A DNA stretch of 64,000 nt, taken from assembly GCA_049523135.1 (NCBI GenBank), contig JBEKNE010000001.1, forward strand, positions 18,095 to 82,094. Reading direction: 5' to 3'. The notes under the pieces were generated by a model. It was not told where the DNA came from. It saw nothing but the letters and a program-made list of their open reading frames with translations, and ran no database searches. Below, one piece after another: positions 9,858 through 18,883 of the stretch. A program made the translations under genes and the position numbers. Origin of the DNA: Candidatus Microgenomates bacterium. Lineage in GTDB: Bacteria > Patescibacteriota > Microgenomatia > UBA8517. How positions within the stretch are numbered: the first letter of the stretch is position 1; the number at the start of each line of letters is the position of its first letter.

Positions 9858-10950
9858 ATTTATTTACAAATTCTATTATTTCTTTTTTGAATCTTTCTTT
9901 CGAAAACTTCTTAGCCTGATTAATGCAATCCTCTTTCTTAAATTTCATCTTCTCAAATCTTTTAACTGCAGAGGTTAAAATTTCCACATTAAGTTTGTTG
10001 AAAAATATTCCGGTTTTGCCATCAACTACCGATTCCAAATATCCCCCGCCTTTATAGGCAATTACGGGAATTCCGAAGCCCATCGCCTCAACTGCCGTCA
10101 TACCGAAATCTTCATCTTTTTGCGCCAGAATATACGCTTTAGCATTTGCATAAAGTCTTGTCATTTCGTTATCGCTCACACTTCCCAAAAACTTTATGTT
10201 ATCCATCGCAATTCTTTTTAGATAATTTTCCGACGGACCGGCTCCATAAACCAGTAAAGGCAGACCCAATTTATTAAAGGCTTTAACTATTAAATCAAAA
10301 TTTTTCGCGGCAGTTAATCTTCCACCCGTCAAATAATAAATTTTATTTGATGTTTTAATTTCAGTTTTCGGAAGTTCTACCGGAGGATAAATTACAGTTG
10401 CATCTTTCTTATAAAATCTCATGATTCTTGATGTAACTTCTTTTGAGTTTGCGATAAAGTAATCCACTTTTTGTGCCTGTTTGAAATCGTATTTACGCAT
10501 AAAGCGATTAACAATCAGTCCGTAAAAGCTAACCAACTTTCCGGCAAAACCTTTAAATTTTCTTGAAGTGTCAAAGCCATATAAATATCTTGGAGGTGTA
10601 TGACAATAACAAATTTCGGTAGCACCCTTTTTCTTTTCAAATCCTTTTGTAACAGCCCAACTGGAGGAAGAAATAATTAAATCATATTGGCTCAAGTCAA
10701 AGCTTCCCCAAATAGTCGGCATTAAAAATCTTAGAGGAGAAATTAATCTATCCGCAAATGGAATATATCCAAACCAAGACTGAATAATTTTTATTCCATC
10801 GAATTTATCTGCAAATTTTCCAAGACGGGATTTTCTATAAACGGAGACATAGATGGGGGCTTCTGAATAAATCTCATGAAGAGCCAAAAGTACTCTTTCT
10901 GCTCCTCCGAAATCTATCAAATAATCATGAACTATTGCAATTTTTTTCAT
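9850..10950 (-). CDS. glycosyltransferase family 4
   Basis: HDYL..GGAERVL, YCHTPPRY, EDFGMTAVEAM motifs. Confidence 0.92.
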   Translation of the reverse strand: MKKIAIVHDYLIDFGGAERVLLALHEIYSEAPIYVSVYRKSRLGKFADKFDGIKIIQSWFGYIPFADRLISPLRFLMPTIWGSFDLSQYDLIISSSSWAVTKGFEKKKGATEICYCHTPPRYLYGFDTSRKFKGFAGKLVSFYGLIVNRFMRKYDFKQAQKVDYFIANSKEVTSRIMRFYKKDATVIYPPVELPKTEIKTSNKIYYLTGGRLTAAKNFDLIVKAFNKLGLPLLVYGAGPSENYLKRIAMDNIKFLGSVSDNEMTRLYANAKAYILAQKDEDFGMTAVEAMGFGIPVIAYKGGGYLESVVDGKTGIFFNKLNVEILTSAVKRFEKMKFKKEDCINQAKKFSKERFKKEIIEFVNKYA

Positions 10951-11841
10951 TTAGAAAAGTTGTGTTTGTTTTTCCTGATCAATCGTTTTACCGACTTTTT
11001 TGACTCTCTCCGTTAAGATCTTAAAACCGAATTTTTCAAAGAGTTTAAGAACCTCGGGACTATCGATTTTCCATTTTTCCATCTGCAGAAAATCTATTTC
11101 TACCGGTACATCTTTTACTATGGTTGCAAGCCTATGGAAGAGTATTGCATTATCTTTATTCGCCTCAAGCTTTTGCCTGATTTTCGGATCAATATCAGAT
11201 AAATGAGCATAAATTTTATCTATACTTCCGTATTTTTCCAAAAGCTTCTCGGCGGTCTTCGGACCGATTCCGGCAACCCCCGGGTAGTTATCCGAGGGGT
11301 CGCCAACCAAAGCTTTGTAATCGGGTATCTCTTCTAGGGGAACTCCCATTCTTTCTTTCGCCGCGGCGGCATCATAGAGTTTGGCATTAGTAAGCCCAAC
11401 TACCGGCATATAGAGTTTTACCTTGTCATTAATAAGTTGGAGTATATCCCGGTCCCCCGTCACAATTACCACATCCTCTTTTGCTTTACTTGCAATTGTT
11501 CCGATCACATCATCCGCTTCAAAACCGGGTTTTGAATAAATAGGAACTCCTACAGCTTTAAAAAAATCTTTAGCTTTTCCAAATTGTGAGGAAAGCTCAT
11601 CTGCCATCGGAGGCCTTTGAGCCTGATACTTCTTAAACTCTTTTTGACGAAAAGTTTCCGCCTTCTCATCAAAGGCTACAGCAATTGAATCAGGCTTGAG
11701 ATCCTGCACAACCCTCAAAAACATCGATACAAGCCCATAGACGGCGTTTATTGGCTCTCCGCTTCTTGTAGTGAGTGGTGGCATGGCATGGAAAGCCCTG
11801 TGAAGAATGGCATTGCCGTCAATAATTACAAGCTTACTCAT
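10951..11841 (-). CDS. stand-alone 5'-3' exonuclease (PolA N-terminal/FEN domain)
   Basis: IIDGN..HRAFHA, GFEADDVIGT, VTGDRD, GDPSDNYPGVAGIGPKTA; no polymerase domain. Confidence 0.92.
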   Translation of the reverse strand: MSKLVIIDGNAILHRAFHAMPPLTTRSGEPINAVYGLVSMFLRVVQDLKPDSIAVAFDEKAETFRQKEFKKYQAQRPPMADELSSQFGKAKDFFKAVGVPIYSKPGFEADDVIGTIASKAKEDVVIVTGDRDILQLINDKVKLYMPVVGLTNAKLYDAAAAKERMGVPLEEIPDYKALVGDPSDNYPGVAGIGPKTAEKLLEKYGSIDKIYAHLSDIDPKIRQKLEANKDNAILFHRLATIVKDVPVEIDFLQMEKWKIDSPEVLKLFEKFGFKILTERVKKVGKTIDQEKQTQLF

Positions 11842-11860
11842 AAGTGTATTTTACACTAAA

Positions 11861-13744
11861 CTACTTTTTGGGGCCTACAATCTTTTCGAAGTCGTCGCGA
11901 TCCAGAGTTTCTTTATCAATTAAAGTCTTGCTTACCTTATCAAGAAGTTTTCTTTTCTCCTTAATAAGTTTCACTGCCGCTTTATAACCTTCATCTAGGA
12001 TTTTCTTGGTAGCAGCATCAATTTTCTCCATAAAGGCCGGTGAATTCTGAGCCTGTTCGTACCATTCCATTTGTCCAAAATCCCCTAAACCCATATCAGG
12101 TCCTAAATTGATCGGCCCAAGGTCACTCATTCCAAATTCAATAACCATTGCACGGGCAATTTTTGTAGCCTGAGCAATATCATTTGCGGCTCCACTGGTC
12201 ATTTCGTTGAAAACTACTTCTTCTGCAGCTCGTCCTCCAAGCATGGCTGTAATTTGCTCAAGGAGTCTGGACTTTGTTTCGTGAGTCCTATCCCCCACAG
12301 GAGGAATTAATGTGTGCCCCAAGCTCATTCCGCGGGCAACGATAGAGATCTGGTGAACCGGATCTGTTTGCTTCAAAAAGTGTGTAACAATAGCGTGTCC
12401 GGCCTCGTGATAGGCAGTGATTTTTTTGTCTTCATCACTTTGGATTCTCTTTTTAGCAGGCCCGAGTTTAACTTTGGTTGAAGATTCTTCAAGGTCAACC
12501 ATTGTAATTTCACTCTTGCCCTCCCTTGCGGCTCCAATTGCAGCCTCATTCAGCATGTTTTCCAAGTCGGCACCCGAAAAGCCGATGGTGCGATCAGCAA
12601 CTTTACTCCAATCAATTCCTTTAGCAAACTTCTTGCCGCGTGCATGAATATGAAGAATGGCGAGCCTGCCTTCTTTATCCGGCATATCAAGAACAATACG
12701 CCTATCAAATCTTCCGGGGCGGAGAAGCGCCGGGTCAAGAAGGTCTCCCCTGTTGGTTGCAGCAATAACAATTACATTGTCATTCGGAGTAAATCCGTCC
12801 ATCTCAACCAAAATTTGGTTCAAAGTTTGTTCCCTTTCATCATGTCCTCCCATCATTCCACGACCTCTTTGTCGCCCGATTGCATCGATTTCATCAATAA
12901 AAATTATTGAAGGAGCTGCGGCTTTGGCCTGAGCAAAAAGATCCCGCGCACGGGAGGCTCCGACTCCAACAAGCATTTCCATAAACTCGCTTCCGGCCAT
13001 GCTGAAAAACGGCACTCCAGCTTCTCCCGCAACAGCCTTGGCCAGTAAAGTTTTTCCTACTCCTGAAGGTCCAACTAGAAGCGCTCCTTTTGGAGTCCTG
13101 GCACCTATTTTTCTGTACTTCATCGGGTTCTTGAGAAAATCCACAAGCTCTTCAAGTTCTTTCTTGGCATCGTCCACTCCGGCAACATCGGCAAAAGTTA
13201 CATCTTGTTTGCCTTTAGCAAAAATCTTGGCATGACTTCTTCCGAAAGAAAAAATATCCTGTGCTCCTTTATTCTGTGCCCGCATTATGTAATAGAAGAA
13301 GGCAACCATAAGAAGAATTGGTAAAACTACCCCGGCAATATCCCCTGCTACCTTGGCAAAAGACTGATCGACAACTTCGTAATTTACGCTGGCAGGATCA
13401 ATTCCAGAGTTTTTGAGAAGATCGGAAAAACTTTCAGTATCTTCTTTTGTGGAAACTTTAGTACTCCCGTCTTTATAGGAAACCGTCAGTTTAGTACTAT
13501 CTACAGTTACTTTACTGACTTTGCCGGCTTTAATATCAGTCAAAAGCTGGGAAACACCTTCTTGAGAAGTGCTTCCGGCTGTTTGAACCGCGGCAATAAT
13601 TCCCGGAATTACAAAGAAGATAATAAGAACCGTAGCCGCAATAGTCCAGAGGTTAAGTTTTAACTTGAGTTGAAACTGCTTTTTCCCTTTTGCGGTTTTT
13701 TTATTCTTGTTTGAGTCTTGATTAAAAATCTTTGTAGGATCCAT
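11861..13744 (-). CDS. ftsH: ATP-dependent zinc metalloprotease FtsH
   Basis: 2 TM helices, GPSGVGKTLLAKA, DEIDAIG, LLRPGRFDR, HEAGH. Confidence 0.97.
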   Translation of the reverse strand: MDPTKIFNQDSNKNKKTAKGKKQFQLKLKLNLWTIAATVLIIFFVIPGIIAAVQTAGSTSQEGVSQLLTDIKAGKVSKVTVDSTKLTVSYKDGSTKVSTKEDTESFSDLLKNSGIDPASVNYEVVDQSFAKVAGDIAGVVLPILLMVAFFYYIMRAQNKGAQDIFSFGRSHAKIFAKGKQDVTFADVAGVDDAKKELEELVDFLKNPMKYRKIGARTPKGALLVGPSGVGKTLLAKAVAGEAGVPFFSMAGSEFMEMLVGVGASRARDLFAQAKAAAPSIIFIDEIDAIGRQRGRGMMGGHDEREQTLNQILVEMDGFTPNDNVIVIAATNRGDLLDPALLRPGRFDRRIVLDMPDKEGRLAILHIHARGKKFAKGIDWSKVADRTIGFSGADLENMLNEAAIGAAREGKSEITMVDLEESSTKVKLGPAKKRIQSDEDKKITAYHEAGHAIVTHFLKQTDPVHQISIVARGMSLGHTLIPPVGDRTHETKSRLLEQITAMLGGRAAEEVVFNEMTSGAANDIAQATKIARAMVIEFGMSDLGPINLGPDMGLGDFGQMEWYEQAQNSPAFMEKIDAATKKILDEGYKAAVKLIKEKRKLLDKVSKTLIDKETLDRDDFEKIVGPKK

Positions 13745-13765
13745 ACGGTTGTCAATTCTACACCA

Positions 13766-14116
13766 TTATCTTACTTTTGTTCCATTGGGAACCTTTTTTT
13801 GAAGCTTGAAAAGAACTGTTGGGGTCTCTTCGTCCTCCGCTGGAACGGCCATAATCATCATTACTTCGCTCATTTCTTTTTCAGGCCCTATTTTTCTGGG
13901 TTCCAGATTGGTAACAAACGGAAACTGCTTTCCAACAAGGTCCTCCGGCTTAAAAAACTTCATTATGCCAGAAAAGCATTTTTTGATTCCAATCTCCCCC
14001 CCCAAATCTACCTCAAGCCTCATTACCCAGTGGCTCCAGGTGGGAACTTCTGCTTTAGTAACCGTTCCAATTCTGATATCTACTTTCTCAAAATCACTGT
14101 AAGGAATCGTGTCCAC
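13766..14116 (-). CDS. tRNA-binding OB-fold protein (Trbp111/CsaA/MetG-C-like)
   Basis: DFEKVDIRIGTV, VTNLEPRKI, SEVM, VPNGTKV pattern; GTG start. Confidence 0.85.
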   Translation of the reverse strand: MDTIPYSDFEKVDIRIGTVTKAEVPTWSHWVMRLEVDLGGEIGIKKCFSGIMKFFKPEDLVGKQFPFVTNLEPRKIGPEKEMSEVMMIMAVPAEDEETPTVLFKLQKKVPNGTKVR

Positions 14117-15106
14117 TTATTTAATCAATCCTATTTTATCTTTAACTTCTTTAATAGTTTCTGAGGCAATTTTCTCAGCCTTCTCGGCACCCTCATAGAT
14201 TATCTTACCAACCAAAGAAGGATCGTTTTGATAAATCTTTCTTCGCTCTTGGATTGGCTTCAATTCTTTATAAATCGCTTCCGCAAGTTCCAATTTCAAA
14301 TCTCCATACTTTATCCCGGATCCTTTATAATCTGCTTCATACTTTTTCCTCTTTTCAGTCCCTTCAAAAAGTTCAACAAACTGCAAAAGATTGGTGACAC
14401 CACCTTTCTCGGGAACTTTTTCTCCTTTTCCTGAATCCGTCGGGGCACTTGCCAATTTCTTTTTTATCTCATTAAGACTGTCTGTCAGTGAAATAAAACT
14501 TCCTTCTACGCTTTTACTCATCTTTCCCTCCCCTGTCAGAGACGGAACATATTCGCCCTCTGTTGCAAACCTTTTTGGTTCCGGAAAATCAGTTCCGTAT
14601 TTCGCGTTCATTTTCCTAGCAATTTCTCTTGCAACCTCCAAATGGGGTTCCTGATCAATTCCAACAGGAACAAGGCTAGCTTTATATAAAAGAATATCCG
14701 CAGCCATTAAAACAGGATAATTGAGAAGTGCCATGGTTACACTATCGGGGTGTTGAGCCACTTTTTCCTTAAACGTCGGCAAGTGCTGCATCCTGGCAAC
14801 AGAAATTTCGGATGAAAGAATATGGGCAAAATAAGTATGTTCTGGAATTAAAGATTGAGCCGAAATGATTGACTTTTCGGGGTCAAGTCCGCAGGCAAGG
14901 TAATCTATAATGACATTTCTGGTATTTTCCGCCAATTTCTCCTTATCAAAAGGGGTGGTTATGGCATGCAAATCCATAACCATATAAATGGTCTCATACT
15001 CGGGGTTATTTTGCAGTTCCAAATAACCCTTTACCGCACCCAGGTAGTTACCAAGGTGCAATCTCCCTGTAGCTCTTGTACCGGAAAAAACACGTTTCTT
15101 TTTCAT
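14117..15106 (-). CDS. trpS: tryptophan--tRNA ligase
   Basis: HLGNY, YPVLMAADILLY, VPVGIDQ, KMSKS; likely start MKKKRVFSG. Confidence 0.96.
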   Translation of the reverse strand: MKKKRVFSGTRATGRLHLGNYLGAVKGYLELQNNPEYETIYMVMDLHAITTPFDKEKLAENTRNVIIDYLACGLDPEKSIISAQSLIPEHTYFAHILSSEISVARMQHLPTFKEKVAQHPDSVTMALLNYPVLMAADILLYKASLVPVGIDQEPHLEVAREIARKMNAKYGTDFPEPKRFATEGEYVPSLTGEGKMSKSVEGSFISLTDSLNEIKKKLASAPTDSGKGEKVPEKGGVTNLLQFVELFEGTEKRKKYEADYKGSGIKYGDLKLELAEAIYKELKPIQERRKIYQNDPSLVGKIIYEGAEKAEKIASETIKEVKDKIGLIK

Positions 15107-15160
15107 ATCTAGAACCAATCTTACTTCAGAATGAGGGAAAAAGGAAGAAACCAATCACTT

Positions 15161-15421
15161 CTAAAAGATAATTTGCTTCTCAAAATCCTTAAGAATATCC
15201 TTATCGCTCTCTACAACAGTATCCACGTCTGCCCCATTATAGACACAAATGCGAGTGTATCTTTTATCATCATCTTTGATAAAGCCTCTAGGACTAATTA
15301 TTTGGATAAAATTTCCTTCCTCAGCAACTATATCAAACTCTTTATCCAAATACTTTGCCCCTTCTTCATTAATTACTCCAAAATCTCCAACAGCGCGTCC
15401 CAGTTCTGAAATTGATGTCAT
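15161..15421 (-). CDS. hypothetical protein
   Basis: 86-aa ORF preceded by TATAAT 8 nt upstream of its ATG. Confidence 0.55.
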   Translation of the reverse strand: MTSISELGRAVGDFGVINEEGAKYLDKEFDIVAEEGNFIQIISPRGFIKDDDKRYTRICVYNGADVDTVVESDKDILKDFEKQIIF

Positions 15422-15465
15422 ACAAAGCCATTATATTGAAGGGCTAATCTTTGTCAACAAATTAG

Positions 15466-15539
15466 TAGCAGGGGTGGGGCTCGAACCCACGACCGCCGGG
15501 ATATGAATCCGGTGCTCTACCCAGCTGAGCTACCCTGCC
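15466..15539 (-). tRNA. tRNA-Met(CAU), probably elongator
   Basis: Cloverleaf: GGCAGGG/CCCTGCT acceptor, GCTC/GAGC D stem, loop TTCATAT, GTGGG-TTCGAGC-CCCAC T arm; CCA not encoded. Confidence 0.92.
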
Positions 15540-16227
15540 TTGAAAAATTTCTACCCGCTTCAGATAAACCCTTAATCAACCCCAGTATTTTATAATAAAT
15601 ATCACTACCTTTCAAAACGGTCACACCCAAAGTCCCATAATGGTTATTAAAGTTGGCATAAACTTTATGTAGCTTCGTTTTTTTAAAACTGGTTTTCCTG
15701 AATCGATCCAGAGGAATTCCCGTAATGTCAGACCAGTACCTTTTAACAATATTTTCTCTATTCCTGTGAATTTCATTTATTCCAACCACAGCTTTTAGAC
15801 GATCAAACCCCACACCATAGAACTTCTTAAGCCATGAGATCATAAAATTAATGAGCTCTGGATCAGAGTTACAGATGTAAAACTCACGTTTCTTTTTCGA
15901 TCCCTCTCCCCAATATAGAGCTATTCCTGCGACAAAAAATTCTTCATCAGAAAGGTTTTCTAATTGATCTCGACCTTCATTCTCCCGTTGTTTTATTAAA
16001 TCCAGCCTTCTATTTTTCTGCATCAGCGATCCTTTCAAACGACCCAATTCTCCACCTTTAATCTTCCTTTTCTTTAACACCTTAAGTTGCTCAACAGACA
16101 AAATCATATCTCTCACCCACAAACTGGCGGTGCTCTTTGTCACACCAACTTTTTTAGCAATTACTCCGACACTCTCACCTTTGGCTCGCATCTCTCTAGC
16201 TTTTATCCTTTGTAAATACTTAGCCAT
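15517..16227 (-). CDS. HTH + LAGLIDADG-like domain protein; 3' end overlaps tRNA-Met
   Basis: N-terminal HTH (GESVGVIAKKVGVTKSTASLW); GIALYWGEG helix followed by FYICNSDPELINFMISWL, resembling a LAGLIDADG fold (by eye). Confidence 0.7.
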   Translation of the reverse strand: MAKYLQRIKAREMRAKGESVGVIAKKVGVTKSTASLWVRDMILSVEQLKVLKKRKIKGGELGRLKGSLMQKNRRLDLIKQRENEGRDQLENLSDEEFFVAGIALYWGEGSKKKREFYICNSDPELINFMISWLKKFYGVGFDRLKAVVGINEIHRNRENIVKRYWSDITGIPLDRFRKTSFKKTKLHKVYANFNNHYGTLGVTVLKGSDIYYKILGLIKGLSEAGRNFSRQGSSAG

Positions 16228-16244
16228 GAATTTATAGTACTTTC

Positions 16245-16296
16245 ATTATACGGAGGTTCGATTATTCTTGTCAATAATTCAAATTTGATATATAAT
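16245..16296. promoter_or_regulatory. back-to-back sigma70 promoters with overlapping -35 boxes
   Basis: Minus: TTGACA(16274-69)-N18-TATAAT(16250-45). Plus: TTGTCA(16268-73)-N17-TATAAT(16291-96). Confidence 0.8.
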
Positions 16297-16313
16297 TCCC
16301 TTTATTAGTTATA

Positions 16314-16581
16314 TGCGGGGTAGTGTACGGCTGCACGTGAGGCTCAAATTGGGCCATTTCTAAGAGATTAGAATGAAATCTGACTGTATCGGTGAAACCT
16401 AAAATTTAGTCATGGCAACGCCGAGGCAATCCACACTTAGTTATGAATGTGGCGAGTCCGTAGAGACTATACGCCAGACTCTGAATAAGATTTCAGGGAA
16501 GACATAGTCCGACACTCCGGGAAACCGGAGAAACGCGAAAAGCATAATCTCGCAGGCTGGGTTCAACTCCCAGCCCCGCAA
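16314..16581 (+). tRNA. initiator-type tRNA-Met(CAU) interrupted by an intron (exons 16314-16344 and 16543-16581)
   Basis: Joined exons give TGCGGGG/CCCCGCA acceptor, GTGT/GCAC D stem, TGAGG-CTCATAA-TCTCG anticodon arm, CTGGG-TTCAACT-CCCAG T arm. Confidence 0.9.
16345..16542 (+). ncRNA. group I self-splicing intron (198 nt, ORF-less) between U33 and C34
   Basis: P1 GGCU/GGCC with U-G at the splice site, P4 TCGGTG/CGCCGA, P7 GACTAT(16465-70)/ATAGTC(16504-09), P9 CTCCGG-GAAA-CCGGAG, terminal G at 16542. Confidence 0.92.
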
Positions 16582-16588
16582 CACGAAG

Positions 16589-16978
16589 TTAAAAGAACAG
16601 TTTTTCCCACTTTTTCCAATTAGGATCTGGTAGGGTTTCTTCCTCGGTCGGCTCAGGTGGTGCAAGCTTTCTTAAAGTATCGTCATCCGGCAGAATCACT
16701 ATCGCCTCCCCCCGTTTAACCAAACCTAGCTTATCCCTGATCTGTTTCTCGATATATTCCGACCCTTGGGTCTGGGCAATTTGAGCCTGAAGCGCCGCAT
16801 TATCAGCCTCCATCTTGGAAACCTTTTGCCTCTCCTTTTCAACCTCAGCTCTGATTGCGATTACCTTTTGAATATTCCTAACCGTAGAAAGAAGGAGTAT
16901 GGCTACAAGTACCCATATGGCATACCCTAAGATCTTTTTGCCTTTGAGCCTTAACCCCTCTATTATTTTACCTTCCAT
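16589..16978 (-). CDS. septum formation initiator (FtsB/DivIC family)
   Basis: One TM, coiled coil, YIEKQIRDKLGLVKRGE motif. Confidence 0.85.
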   Translation of the reverse strand: MEGKIIEGLRLKGKKILGYAIWVLVAILLLSTVRNIQKVIAIRAEVEKERQKVSKMEADNAALQAQIAQTQGSEYIEKQIRDKLGLVKRGEAIVILPDDDTLRKLAPPEPTEEETLPDPNWKKWEKLFF

Positions 16979-17058
16979 AATTAGTTATATCCTGTAATCA
17001 TTTGACTATTTAAAAAAATGCTATATAATAGCCTAGAAATCTTGTAATTAATTTAATT

Positions 17059-17922
17059 ATGACACAAGAACCTATCAAAAATCTGCTTCCGAAGTTTATC
17101 GAATCCCTTAAAGTTAAGGGCCGCTCTCCTGCGACCATTTTAGCCTACAGAAGCGATCTTGAGCAACTCGTGGATTACCTTATTAAAAGGCAAAAAGTCC
17201 TACCTGAACAGGTTCGCCCGGATGATCTCGATAGCTTTAGGGATACCCTTTTGGCTGACAAATATACGCCTAAATCCGTTAGCCGCAAACTAAATGCAGT
17301 TAAAACTTTCTTTAGGTGGATGATTTCGGAGAATATTGTTACTTCCGATGTCTCAGCCTCAGTTGCACATCCTAAGATTGAGAATTCTCTTCCTAAATTC
17401 CTTTCTCAAATGGAATACAGAGCTTTAAGAGATGTAACGCGCAGTGATGTTAGAATCGCTGCAATTATAGAGCTTATTCTTCAAACGGGACTTAGGATTT
17501 CAGAAGTTGCCAGTCTTAAAACCGCCAATGTGGGTAAGGATTCTATGAAAATTGAAGCCTATGCCACACAGCCCGAAAGGACGGTTCCTGTTAATAAACC
17601 GGCCGTAGATGTTCTAGCTGCCTATATGGCAATCCGCCCCAAGGCTGATTCTCCTTATGTCTTTATTAGTAAAAACGGCAAACCCTTGGCTGTCAGAAAC
17701 ATCCGCGCTTCAATTGCCAGATACGTTCAAAGAGCAGAACTTCCGGGTTATTCAGTTAATGATTTGAGGACTACTTTTATTGTCGAAAATCTCAAAGCTG
17801 GAGTTGATATTGTCCTTCTTTCTCAGGTCTCCGGCCATAAGCGCCTTTCTACAACTGAAAGGTATCTTGAGCTTGCCCAAATAACTGAACCCGGCAAAAA
17901 GCAAATCCTTATCGAGCTTTAA
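17059..17922 (+). CDS. XerC/XerD-like tyrosine recombinase
   Basis: SAM-like N-terminus (SPATILAYRSDL), TGLRISE, NDLRTTF, GHKRLSTTERY. Confidence 0.88.
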   Translation: MTQEPIKNLLPKFIESLKVKGRSPATILAYRSDLEQLVDYLIKRQKVLPEQVRPDDLDSFRDTLLADKYTPKSVSRKLNAVKTFFRWMISENIVTSDVSASVAHPKIENSLPKFLSQMEYRALRDVTRSDVRIAAIIELILQTGLRISEVASLKTANVGKDSMKIEAYATQPERTVPVNKPAVDVLAAYMAIRPKADSPYVFISKNGKPLAVRNIRASIARYVQRAELPGYSVNDLRTTFIVENLKAGVDIVLLSQVSGHKRLSTTERYLELAQITEPGKKQILIEL

Positions 17923-17930
17923 AAATCTTG

Positions 17931-18001
17931 TGGATCCGGATAGAGTCGAACTATCGCTTCGTGTTTATAAGACGCGTATCCTACCGTTAAACGACGGATC
18001 C
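17931..18001 (-). tRNA. tRNA-Ile(UAU)
   Basis: GGATCCG/CGGATCC acceptor, discriminator A, anticodon arm CGCGT-CTTATAA-ACACG (anticodon 17967-17969), GATAG-TTCGACT-CTATC T arm. Confidence 0.88.
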
Positions 18002-18027
18002 AATGAGGCAATTATACCAAACTGAAG

Positions 18028-18870
18028 TTACTTTTTCTTGAAAGCCTGGGGCATGTCTTCCCAATCGCGATGTTTCCTAACTTTCAAATTCTCTTCCCAG
18101 ACAGCCTTAAGAGCCGGCATATTAATACCTATTTTCTTGGCCAGACCCAAAATTCCTACCATATCCTTCGGAAAACATGCTTGCCCAAAACCAAAATCCC
18201 CATCCCAACCCGGAACTTTAAGAAAGGTTCCAATCCTAGGATCGGCTTCAACAGCTTGTCTTACCTCATCATAATTAGCACCAACCTTTGCCGCCAAAAA
18301 ATAGAATTCATTTCCCAACATGATTTTACTGGCAAGTAAGAGATTGCTCATATATTTAGTAAGTTCAGCACTAGTCGGATCAACAATAAAATATTTCTGT
18401 TCCTTACTTAAAATTGTTCTGTAAAGCTCCACCACCCTATCGGCCACTTCTTCATCATCAGACCCGATAACTGTTCTCGCAGGGTTTAAAAAGTCAGCAT
18501 TTGCATTCTCCTGGGTTAGAAACTCGGGATTCATAACAAAATTAACCTTCGGATATTTTTTCGACATTTTCTTAATTGTTCCCGGAAGAGAAGTTGATTT
18601 AAGAATCAAGATTTTATCCGTACCTGAAATTTTTGGTGCAACTTCATCAATAACCTCCTCGACAATACTCATATCCATACCTGAATAATCATCAAAAATT
18701 GGGGTTGGAACACATACAAAAACGAAGTCGGAGTTATCGATTACTTCTACTAAAGTATTTTTACTTTCTTTATACTTATCAAACCAAAAGACATTGTTTT
18801 TTGGGTTCGTTACAAATCCCTCTCCAGTTGCCCTGCCCACAAACCCATAGCCGATTATACCAACATTCAT
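18028..18870 (-). CDS. UDP-glucose/GDP-mannose dehydrogenase family protein (no C-terminal domain)
   Basis: GYGFVG, CVPTP, KST, NPEFL, AELTKY, GFGQACFPKD. Confidence 0.88.
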   Translation of the reverse strand: MNVGIIGYGFVGRATGEGFVTNPKNNVFWFDKYKESKNTLVEVIDNSDFVFVCVPTPIFDDYSGMDMSIVEEVIDEVAPKISGTDKILILKSTSLPGTIKKMSKKYPKVNFVMNPEFLTQENANADFLNPARTVIGSDDEEVADRVVELYRTILSKEQKYFIVDPTSAELTKYMSNLLLASKIMLGNEFYFLAAKVGANYDEVRQAVEADPRIGTFLKVPGWDGDFGFGQACFPKDMVGILGLAKKIGINMPALKAVWEENLKVRKHRDWEDMPQAFKKK

Positions 18871-18883
18871 AAAAAGTAGAATA

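Noticed and set aside
15466-15539. Assignment of this CAU tRNA as Ile2 (lysidine)
   Set aside because: Cannot be excluded by eye, but a separate UAU tRNA exists and the TT-CAT-AT loop fits elongator Met better.
16441-16665. 74-aa minus-strand ORF as a possible intron-encoded protein
   Set aside because: Antisense to the intron and tRNA exon, overlaps the FtsB-like gene, no endonuclease motif.
17059-18001. Tyrosine recombinase beside tRNA-Ile as an integrative island
   Set aside because: No duplicated tRNA end seen, flanks are housekeeping, and the protein looks Xer-like.
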